Origin: Chlorokybus atmophyticus
Lineage: Eukaryota > Plantae > Mesostigma and Chlorokybus algae
DNA: 13,310 bases
Assembly (NCBI GenBank): GCA_009103225.1
Contig: RHPI01000140.1
Coordinates: 215,961-229,270, forward strand
Reading direction: 5' to 3'
Below, one piece after another: positions 1 to 8,045 of the stretch. The position numbers and the translations under genes are program-made. How positions within the stretch are numbered: the first letter of the stretch is position 1; every line of letters starts with the position of its first letter. Under the pieces are notes generated by a model, which saw only the letters and a list, made by a program, of their open reading frames with translations, had not been told where the DNA came from and did not search any database.

Positions 1-330
1 GGGGGGGGGGGGGTATGCATATGTGCGTGTATGCATACCTGTATCTGCATAAAATATGCCGGTGTGGGGCAAAGGGGCAGGGGCACTTGATCTTTCGCAC
101 ATTAACCATGTGAAGGGTGGAATTGGTACACACATCACAAGTACTCTGTACCTTCTGTGGATACACATCATGCACATACACATGATGTGTACTAGCGCAG
201 TGCGTGCATACCACCAACGCGCACAACTAACCCCTTCGAGACAACGCAACATGGTATTCTCCGTGACAATAGCGTGCATGTATCTATCCTTAGCACGCAC
301 GCATGGCCGTTGCTGGATGCCACACTTGCG
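1..330. repeat. Low-complexity flank: G13 run, then CA/TG- and TGCA-rich sequence
   Basis: Thirteen G at 1-13, followed by repeated TATGCATA, CACAT and GTGTA words. The ORF at 56-403 has no recognisable motif. Confidence 0.6.
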
Positions 331-406
331 TAGTGAACTTACCGTAATGCACTTGTCAATGTCATCGAGACGCCCTCCCCCCCCCCTTTGGGTGGAGGTG
401 TGAAAT

Positions 407-551
407 TGTCCCATGGGCCGGTATTCTTGCCCCACATTGCGATGTGCTAAAACTGACCGGTTCATCTCCCTATAAAGCCCGACCTTGCAGGGCGCCGGGC
501 GTCCCACATTGGGGGTGGGGCAGAAGGTGGGCCAATGCCGCACGGTATGCA
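407..551 (-). repeat. Probable distal part of element A 3' LTR, separated from the rest by the TRIM
   Basis: On the minus strand, after the TRIM, the sequence reads TGCAT ACCGTG CGGCATTGGC. This matches the spacing of GGCAA CTGCCC CGGCAGTGGC in the element B LTR. The hairpin series continues, there is a TATA-like TTTATAGGG near 468-476, and a candidate end ...GGGACA lies at 407. Confidence 0.5.
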
Positions 552-640
552 TGTAACAGTTGGGGCCCAACCATTAGGCTATGGTAGTAAAAGACACTAC
601 CATGAGTGAGGTCTGTCACAATATATCCCAATTCGTGACA
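552..640 (-). repeat. TRIM 3' LTR (89 bp)
   Basis: Direct repeat of 972-1060, adjacent to the PPT at 641-650. Confidence 0.92.
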
Positions 641-650
641 TTCCTCCCCA
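641..650 (-). promoter_or_regulatory. TRIM polypurine tract
   Basis: TGGGGAGGAA on the minus strand, immediately before the LTR start TGTCAC. Confidence 0.85.
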
Positions 651-959
651 ATTTAACCCATGAGTTTCTCATAATCCAATGAGGCACTAGCCCACGTCGC
701 CGTGTTTGCGGCCGTACCACAATTGGTCTGCCCGCGGCCTGTTGAATCCGGCCCACGAACGGTCTCAACCGACCGAACGGCCATCCTCACCGCGCGACCT
801 GCCATCGGCAGCGCGACCGCTCACGCGGCCTTAGGTTGAGCTGGCTTGGCGCGCAGGTCGTGATCTCGCGCCCAGCCTAGGGCAAGCCGTCCCAATTGTT
901 CTTGTTTTTGCCTTGAATCTGCCTCAGTCCCCTACGAGAATTGAACCCGAGACGTCAAA

Positions 960-970
960 CTCCGATACCA
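960..970 (-). promoter_or_regulatory. TRIM primer binding site (tRNA-iMet type)
   Basis: TGGTATCGGAG begins 1 nt after the 5' LTR and resembles the canonical plant TGGTATCAGAG. Confidence 0.85.
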
Positions 971-971
971 T

Positions 972-1060
972 TGTAACAATAAGGGCCCGACCAATAGGCT
1001 ATGGTAGTAAAAGACACTAGCATGAGTGAGGTCTGTCACAATTTACCCCAATACGTGACA
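972..1060 (-). repeat. TRIM 5' LTR (89 bp)
   Basis: Direct repeat of 552-640, followed by the PBS on the minus strand. Confidence 0.92.
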
Positions 1061-1299
1061 TTGCCGAGGGATCGAAAGATCCCCTGGCTATGGCGGTCGC
1101 TGCGTTAGCAGCGCCGCCATGCGGTCGATATCGACTTGCGACATGAGTTTCAAGTCGATACCGGTGTTACATAACATAACACCTTATAAGGGCCTATAAA
1201 GGCCCTCATACGACTCAAATGGCTGTGTTTATTCCGTTGGGACCCTTATCTCTCAATAAATAAGGGCGGGGAACCGCATAGCGGTAGCACTCCGTTACA
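1061..1299 (-). repeat. Element A 3' LTR, proximal part
   Basis: Starts TGTAACGG on the minus strand directly after the PPT. It is clearly homologous to the element B LTR (GGTTCCCCGCCCTTATTTA, ATAAGGGTCCCAACGG, GCATGGCGGCGCTGCTAA) up to GGCAA, where the TRIM begins. Confidence 0.9.
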
Positions 1300-1310
1300 T
1301 TCTCCCCCAC
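1300..1310 (-). promoter_or_regulatory. Element A polypurine tract
   Basis: GTGGGGGAGAA directly precedes TGTAAC. Confidence 0.88.
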
Positions 1311-1451
1311 TTAGGTTTCAATGTCCTCATTGAAGGGTTTGCAAGGCCCCACCGCAAGCACTGAAAACCTGAGTGAGAAAAGAACCAGGTCCGAAGCGGT
1401 AAAGATGTTTGCCAGCACCCTTTTACCATCCACGTGCGAACACATCACTCC

Positions 1452-1606
1452 ACTACGCCCGAAGAATCTGCTGGCAGTTAGTAAGATTCCTTTTGGAATT
1501 CCCACGTGTTGTGTTCAACACCATACCCTTTCCACTTCACCAAGTAAGTCGGCGCGCGTCCGCGTCGAGGCTTACGGTGACGTAGGATTAGGACCTCGTA
1601 CTCGAA
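1452..1606 (-). pseudogene. pol: Chromodomain at the integrase C-terminus (frameshifted)
   Basis: Manual translation gives FEYEVLILRHRKPRRGRAPTYLVKWKGYGVEHNTWE, then after a frameshift RNLTNCQQILRA*W. This has the chromodomain YLVKWKGY...NTWE signature. Confidence 0.9.
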
Positions 1607-1679
1607 AGTATCATCGCCATCCACTGCGACAGGGGGTGGAGGAGGTTGAACCCGACCGTTTGAACGGTACGGTTCAATA

Positions 1680-2760
1680 CACTCACATGAAACACGTTAT
1701 GTATACGTATGGATTGTGGTAACTCCAACCGATACGCGTGAGTGCCGACCCGATCAACCACTTTGAAGGGGCCTATCCATCGAGGGAAAAACTTTCGGGT
1801 ACCCACTCCCTTGATGGATATGTTTTTAATGCTTACAGGCACCGAATTGCCCACATCATGGTCGGTCTGCCTACGATGCTATCAGCTTGGGCTTTCCGTC
1901 TGTCCTGCGCTGCGCGCAGACAGCTCTTTGCCAATGCTAACCTGTCTTGCATGGCCGCAGCCATCTCGCGCGCTGCAGGCACGCGAGTCAAGTCGTTAGC
2001 CGGCAACTTAATACTCGCAGAACTTTGTGGATGCACTCCGTAATTAAGAAAAGCGGAGTTTCCTACACACTCTCTTGCCATGCATTGTTAATCGCGAACT
2101 TAGCCATTGGAAGATAAATATCCCAATCAGACTGATTCGGACTCACATAATGCCGGATGGTTTCCTCAATCACTTGATTGGCGCGTTCAGTCTGACCATC
2201 AGTCTGCGGATGATAAGCGGTACTCATGTGCTGCTGTATCTATAGGAAGTTGCATAGCGACTTCCCAAACTGAGCCACAAACCTCGAGTTCCGGTCAGAG
2301 ACAATGTTGCGAGGTAAGCCATTCAACTCGAACACTAACGCGACAAAACCATCGCTAAATCACGGGAGCCTATCTCCGTACGGCATGGAACAATGTGAAC
2401 CATTTTGGTCAAACTATCCACAAATACTGCAACCGCAGTATGATTCAACGCTGTCTCAGGGAGCTCAGTGATAAGGTCCATACTCACACTTTCCCACTGT
2501 CAGGAACTGGTAACGGCCGCAGTAGCCTTGCGGGCTTTTGACGTAACGGTTTGTCACGTTGCCATTTGTCACACGTGTCCACATACCGCTTCACATCAGT
2601 AGGCAACGATGGCCACTAATACAACTGTTGCACTGCCTTAGTGGTCTTGCGACTACTAAAGTGCCCAGCGTACGGTGGATGGTGTATATCCGCTATGCAT
2701 TTTACACGCAGTTCAGCATGGTCAGGTATTACCAAACTGTTGCTCATGTCATACCGATTG
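1680..2760 (-). pseudogene. pol: Integrase of element A (fragmented)
   Basis: Zn-finger start IHHPPYAGHFS in ORF 2616-2849. GPF module KFFPRWIGPFKVVDRVGTHAYRLELP..IHNVFHVS in ORF 1588-1854. Confidence 0.9.
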
Positions 2761-2919
2761 TTACGTTCGTCAAACTTTTGTAAGTTGTCTGCAATAGAAA
2801 ACCACGGGTCAAAAGCGCCCCTGTACAACAGCTTGCACAAACTCATCATCAGGGGACAATGTGCTGCGTGTCGCGAGTAATTGCGCGCGCATCACTGCCA
2901 GTAATGACGGGCAGCGATG

Positions 2920-3258
2920 CAAAGGGTCAGCCACATTGATTCTGCCCGGCTGATACACCCAATCAAAGGTGAACCTTGACAAAAACTCATTCCAGCGCGC
3001 TTGCCGTCTCGACAAGTTTTGCTGTGTTGAGAAATACACCAACGGGTTGTGATCAGTCACAACAGTGAACTGAACACCCTCCAAGTAACATCTCCATGTG
3101 TCAAGAGCATGAACTATACCCAATAGTGCTTGCTCTGTCGTGATGTAGTTCACCTCTGCAGGAATGAACTTCTTACTCTCAGAAGCACAAAGTCTGCCAT
3201 CTTGCAACAGTACCGCACCACACCCAAGTGTTGATGCGTCACTGACCACTGTGAAGTG
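2920..3258 (-). pseudogene. pol: RNase H of element A
   Basis: FTVVSDASTLGCGAVLLQ...YITTEQALLGIVHALDTWRCYLEG..FTVVTDHNPL...NVADPL in ORF 2809-3600. Confidence 0.93.
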
Positions 3259-3559
3259 TTTATCCCTATTTGACAGTGCTAACACCGTCGCTGATGTTAG
3301 AGCCAACCTCACCTTCTGCATAGCAGCTTCTTGTGCTGTCGTCCAAGTGAACGGGGCATCTTTACGCAACAGTTTGGTCAAAGGCATAACATCTGTCGAG
3401 TACTCCATTATGAACTTGCAAAAGTAGTTTGCCAACCTTGGAGACAATCTTAGTTGATGGACATTTTGAGGTTGGGGCCACTCTTTCACAACCTGCACTT
3501 TGCGAGGGTCAGGTTTGGTACCCGCACCACTCACAATGCGACCAAGAAAGGGCAACTCC

Positions 3560-4205
3560 GTTTTACAAAAACACACTTGGTGAGATTTGCCAACAAACAA
3601 TGCTTGCGCAATCTTGAAAACACCGCTTCCAAGTGTTGCCTATGTTCGTCCTTTGTTTCACTGAAGACAATGATGTCATCCAAGTATATTATGACATGTT
3701 GACCAAGCATATCATCAAAAGTTTTATTCATTTCCTTGTGAAACACAGCGCTTGCAGTAGTCAATCAAAAAAATAACAATTTGTATTGATAATGGCCCAT
3801 AGGTGTTCTGAATGCTGTCTTATAGACATCCGAAGGATGAATACGGATTTGATGATAGCCACTTGTCAAGTTTAGCGTACTAAAGTACGCATTCCCTTAC
3901 AACTTGTCAAACACATCATTAATCCTTGGCAACGGGTATCTGTTGTTTACTGTGATCTTTTTTAGAGCACGGCAATTTACACACATGCGCAACTTCCCAT
4001 TTTCTTTCATAACAAACAAGATGGGTGCACCAAAGGGTGAAGAACTTGGTTCAATCAATCCCTTTTTGAATAACTATGTTATCTGTGTTTCCATTTCCCC
4101 CTTTCACGAGGGCTCAACCTACATACAGGCCGAAATGGAGGCTCACTACTAGGAATTAAAGGTATTGTGTGTCCGACACCTCGATCAGGGGGCAAGCCCG
4201 GCAAC
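3560..4205 (-). pseudogene. pol: Reverse transcriptase of element A (disrupted)
   Basis: Motifs LPGLPPDRGVGH, PSSSPFGAPILFV, RYPLPRI, GYHQIRI and YLDD (3675-3686), interrupted by stops and frameshifts. Confidence 0.93.
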
Positions 4206-4469
4206 TCATCTGAGAACACATCCTGAAACTTCTCAATGATGTCCGCCACACCTTCCGTATTCCAGGCACTACATCATCACTCGACGTTAAGTGCGTTAGA
4301 CAAGCAGGTGTGTTTTTACGTAACGCACGCTTCACTTGAAGCGCCGTAAGTAATGCAGGGACTCTTTGCTTGTATTCCAAGCTATGCGACCCCTGCACGG
4401 ACCAGTGATGCGCTTACGCCCCTTCTTTACTGTGCACAACCGTGCAGTATCTAATGTCATAGACACTTG

Positions 4470-4655
4470 ATCTTGCCATTTTTGGCCAAATACCACATCA
4501 ACACCAGCTATGTCAATGGGTACTACGATGAAAGTTAAATTGGCTTAATAACTACCAATCTTAACTTTTAACTTGATTTCACCTTTTACTGATAACGCAC
4601 CCCCAGCACCAGCAGCTAAGAAGACTGAGGGTTTACATGCTATCTTATTGCGCAT
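4470..4655 (-). pseudogene. pol: Aspartic protease of element A, C-terminal half
   Basis: Reads MRNKIACKPSVFLAAGAGGALSVKGEIKLKVKIGSY*ANLTFIVVPIDIAGVDVVFGQKW, continuing in frame from KWVMR at 6006 once element B is removed. Confidence 0.85.
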
Positions 4656-4994
4656 TGTAACGGTGTGCTACCTCCATAGAGGTTCCCCGCCCTTATTTAG
4701 GATTAAATAAGGGTCCCAACGGGATTATACAGCCTATTAAGCCTTATTAGGGCCGTTAACCTAGTGTTAAGGCCCTAATGTAGTGTTACTTAACTATAAC
4801 ACTGATATCGACATGAGACATGAGTCTCATGTCGATATCAGCTGCATGGCGGCGCTGCTAATGCAGCGGCCGCCATAGCCAGAGCATCTTTTGCTCTGGC
4901 AACTGCCCCGGCAGTGGCGGCGGCGGCGGCGAGGCTGGTGGTGGTGTTGGGGTAGGGGATTAAAGGGAGGAGGGGCACACCCTCTCTCCTGACA
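4656..4994 (+). repeat. Element B 5' LTR
   Basis: TGTAAC...CTGACA, direct repeat of 5667-6005. Confidence 0.97.
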
Positions 4995-4995
4995 T

Positions 4996-5007
4996 TGGTA
5001 TCGGAGC
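4996..5007 (+). promoter_or_regulatory. Element B primer binding site (tRNA-iMet type)
   Basis: TGGTATCGGAGC begins 1 nt after the 5' LTR. Confidence 0.9.
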
Positions 5008-5165
5008 ACGGGCGGTAAGGGGCCTGTGGGAGGGGCGGCGGCAGGCGGCAGGCACTGCAGGGGCGGCGGCAGGCACTGCGTCGGCAGGCGGCACTGCGGC
5101 GGCAAACTAGCGGTAGTTAAAAGTTTTGTTTGGTTTAACTGTTGTAGTTAAACGCTGCTGCTGGT

Positions 5166-5214
5166 GCCTAGCCTAGCCTAGCCTAGCCTATGCATGCCAT
5201 GCCATGCCATGCCT
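5166..5214 (+). repeat. Compound pentanucleotide microsatellite (GCCTA)5 followed by (GCCAT)n
   Basis: Read directly from the sequence. Confidence 0.9.
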
Positions 5215-5653
5215 AACTTGTCCTAGTTTAGTTGTTATTGTATGAAGGGGGGCGGCCATCCAAGCCCCTCCCTGAAGCATTGCATCCAAGCACATAACAT
5301 AGTAATCATATATTGTTTACTATAATCTTTGTGTGCTAACCACCATGTGGATTCGTGGTGGTGAAGGGCTTTTTATCTATTTTTTTGGATAAATTCCCTT
5401 GGGGGCAGTTCGGTGGCAACATCGACTGTCTCGGTACCGCCAGTCAGTGCGGTGAGGCCGCCAGAATTTTTCTGTGCGGTCGATATCAAACTCACAACTC
5501 ACAACTTGTCGATATCGGCCTGTAGGGCTGATTCAACGAGATTTTGGCACTTTGGGTGTCAATTGTGATTGTAAGTTGAGCTGGGTTGTACAAAGTGAAA
5601 ACTTTGAGCAGCCATGGGGCTTTGCTAACCCTTCAATGAGAACATTGAAACCT

Positions 5654-5666
5654 AAGTGGGGGGGAA
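5654..5666 (+). promoter_or_regulatory. Element B polypurine tract
   Basis: AAGTGGGGGGGAA directly precedes the 3' LTR start TGTAAC. Confidence 0.9.
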
Positions 5667-6005
5667 TGTAACGGTGTGCTACCTCCATAGAGGTTCCCCG
5701 CCCTTATTTAGGATTAAATAAGGGTCCCAACGGGATTATACAGCCTATTAAGCCTTATTAGGGCCGTTAACCTAGTGTTAAGGCCCTAATGTAGTGTTAC
5801 TTAACTATAACACTGATATCGACATGAGACATGAGTCTCATGTTGATATCAGCTGCATGGCGGCGCTGCTAATGCAGCGGCCGCCATAGCCAGAGCATCT
5901 TTTGCTCTGGCAACTGCCCCGGCAGTGGCGGCGGCGGCGGCGAGGCTGGTGGTGGTGTTGGGGTAGGGGATTAAAGGGAGGAGGGGCACACCCTCTCTCC
6001 TGACA
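5667..6005 (+). repeat. Element B 3' LTR
   Basis: Direct repeat of 4656-4994. Confidence 0.97.
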
Positions 6006-6110
6006 CGCATAACCCATTTTTCTTCGACGAAATTATGCGTTGCCCCGCTGTCAACTAAGAACGGACTAGTAATACCCTGTGCCATGCCTGCGAAGGTCCA
6101 CAACAAAAGT
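6006..6110 (-). pseudogene. pol: Aspartic protease of element A, N-terminal half
   Basis: FLVDSGATHNFV, with the catalytic DSG at 6044-6052. Confidence 0.92.
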
Positions 6111-6524
6111 ACTAGTCGCCCTTGAAAGGTAGCCAAGATTTCGTGACTAATGCGTGGGTAAATCAATACTGCTGACAACCGCACTGTCCCCGTCTCACGC
6201 TTTGTTTCAACACAGTTTCCCCCCGAGTATGCTTTAGCCACGGTCCATGTTACTTGGGCACCATGACAACCACACTCAGTGTCGTGTGTTTATTGTATAA
6301 CTCACACAATGTGCGCAAAACTTCTGTTAGCATGTTACATTCTACACTAGCACTAGCACACAAGCCTTGTCATCCACTTTTTCATTATCAAAAAGTGGCA
6401 GCTTATCATGTGCTTGCCATGCATGTGTCATTACATGCACACGAGACAATACATTAAACCAGTTTGCTGTATGTAACACTAGCAACTGGCCACTAGATGA
6501 AGGTACATCAGTCACGACGTAATC

Positions 6525-6728
6525 CTATTCAACCTTCTTGACCTTGCCCTTCCCCTTGGTTGGGCAGTTCTTCGCAATGTGACCTGGCTTTGTGCACACG
6601 TAGCATGCGCGTGCTGCAATAGGCGTAGCACCACTCGCATGTGCGGATGAGATCTTAGCCTTTTTTGCTGAATGCGCACTCGTCGTTTGCATGGCAGGTT
6701 CCCATGCTGTTGGGCAACATGGAGGCAT
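6525..6728 (-). pseudogene. gag: Gag C-terminus of element A with a CCHC zinc knuckle
   Basis: CYVCTKPGHIAKNC (CX2CX4HX4C, 6564-6605) followed by a basic tail KGKGKVKK. Confidence 0.9.
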
Positions 6729-6755
6729 TGTCACAATTTATTCCAATTTGTGACA
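6729..6755. repeat. Orphan 27-bp imperfect palindrome resembling the terminal hairpin of the TRIM LTR
   Basis: TGTCACAATTTATTCCAATTTGTGACA, compared with TGTCACAATTTACCCCAATACGTGACA at 1034-1060. Confidence 0.7.
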
Positions 6756-7212
6756 TTGCCAAGTCACCCGACATAAACGTGGTGGTTGCCCAGTTCGTGC
6801 GCTACAACGGCTAACTACATGCATGGAGCAATTTGTTGTTGACATTGCAAAATTGTTGATAATAATGGTCACTGAGAGGTACAACTTGCGTGCATTGCTT
6901 GCAAAACTGCACGTGCATCTATGAGATATTGGTTGTGTTATAGTGTTCTGAACTACAAATACAATCGCAACCAACGATCAGTGGCTCGCGCATAGTGGGT
7001 ACACCTACCACGCATTATGTATGCGCGCGACATCGACAAAAATGTCGCGTACTCGACATTGGTAAAGATAAAGATAACACGTGATGAGCGCATGTGGGGA
7101 GCAATTGTCGCGCATGCATGCTAGATGGATGGCAATGCCACAACAATCTTCTGACTAACGTCAATGGTGGTCTTATTATTGGGTCGAACTCCGTGTTCTT
7201 GCGACACTCATT

Positions 7213-7451
7213 TGTCGGGTCGGGGGAAGTCGAGGGTCACACTGTTTCGAGCCGCTGCAAGGAAAGTAATGCGTGCTGGTCTTGGTGCTGCAACATGTTA
7301 TAACCTGTGGCAAAAGCAAAAGATAACCTAGCTTGTATGGCGAGGAATGCTTGGTGGAGCTGCTCCACTATTGCTGAGTCACACGGACATGTGGAGGCGG
7401 TGTCCTCCTTAGTGTACATGCTATGCTGTAGGACACACAGTCAACAAGCCA
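7213..7451 (-). repeat. Orphan (solo-like) LTR of the element C family
   Basis: Direct repeat of 8046-8283 with 7 substitutions and 1 indel by eye, and TG...CA ends. It has no PBS, no PPT and no TSD (TCATT vs CTACT). Confidence 0.88.
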
Positions 7452-8045
7452 CTACTACAGGTAGTGCTGTTTACACAGTTCTTTGCATGTGCGGAATATG
7501 TGTTACACTGTTAAGTGAGGTGAATGGGCAAGCAACACGTGGATACTGTGCCCTGACTGATGCCAACAAGCACACTGCAACCAGGCACACCAAGCCCACA
7601 GTGATGTCAAGCACGATGCACACGCGAGCATGCACAGGCTCTCACACAGTGGAGGGGTTCTTGATAACCGGGATGGCGTGTTCGTAGTTCAAGTCGTTTC
7701 ACAAGCTCTTAGCTTTCTCACTCACAGTGTCACCAGCTGATCCGGTGAACACTGTGACTACTTATACAAGTCAAATTATGACTGTTCAGAACATAAGCTA
7801 ACGGTCATATCGAGGCTATTTCCACAGCAATTGTCACTTGATATAGAACACAACTTATAGCTGAACTCACAACTGAACAGCTACGCGCGGTGCCTATGTG
7901 GGCTATGGTCGTGAGCTACCCTGAAGTCATAACCTAGCTACTGGTCAGGGTCGCGCGCGCGTTGGTATGTCGATAGGCCGGGCGACGGTTTCGGTGTAGG
8001 CATGCCCGATGAAGGCTGGTATGTGTGGGCACCAGGCATGACAGC

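Larger units (their letters stand above)
552..1060 (-). mobile_element. TRIM (terminal-repeat retrotransposon in miniature), 509 bp, non-coding
   Basis: Two 89-bp direct repeats with TG...CA ends (552-640 and 972-1060; 9 mismatches by eye). PBS TGGTATCGGAG follows the 5' LTR and PPT TGGGGAGGAA precedes the 3' LTR. The flanks GGCAA and TGCAT (minus sense) look like a degenerate 5-bp TSD. Confidence 0.92.
4656..6005 (+). mobile_element. Element B: intact, recent, non-autonomous LTR element (1350 bp) related to element A
   Basis: Two 339-bp LTRs with TG...CA ends and one difference seen (C/T at a CpG, 4833 vs 5844). Perfect 5-bp TSD CGCAT (4651-4655, 6006-6010), PBS and PPT are present. The 672-bp internal region has no pol homology. 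Confidence 0.97.
407..6728 (-). mobile_element. Element A: decayed Ty3/Gypsy chromovirus-type LTR retrotransposon, 5' end missing, carrying two nested insertions
   Basis: Minus-strand order is CCHC knuckle, DSG protease, YLDD RT, RNase H, integrase with GPF motif, chromodomain, PPT, LTR, which is the Ty3/Gypsy order. It has many stops and frameshifts. The left boundary at 407 is tentative. Confidence 0.93.

Noticed and set aside
162-195. Perfect 11-bp hairpin (TACACATCATG/CATGATGTGTA) followed by CTAG, like a Helitron 3' end
   Set aside because: There is no spacer between hairpin and CTAG, the next base is not T, and the low-complexity context makes such stems likely by chance.
56-403. 115-aa ORF in the left flank
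   Set aside because: It has a non-ATG start, low-complexity composition and no motif.
4670-4915. Regularly spaced palindromes considered as a CRISPR-like array
   Set aside because: The stems differ from one another in sequence, there is no repeat-spacer periodicity and no cas genes, and they lie within an LTR.
4827-5105. Pro-rich ORF (and the Ala-rich tail of ORF 5849-6241)
   Set aside because: These are translations of GC-rich LTR and leader repeats on the non-coding strand.
7452-8045. Unassigned spacer with a hairpin at 7722-7757 and CTACT at both 7452 and 7938
   Set aside because: No terminal repeats or coding motifs were found. The 5-mer match and a single hairpin are within chance expectation.
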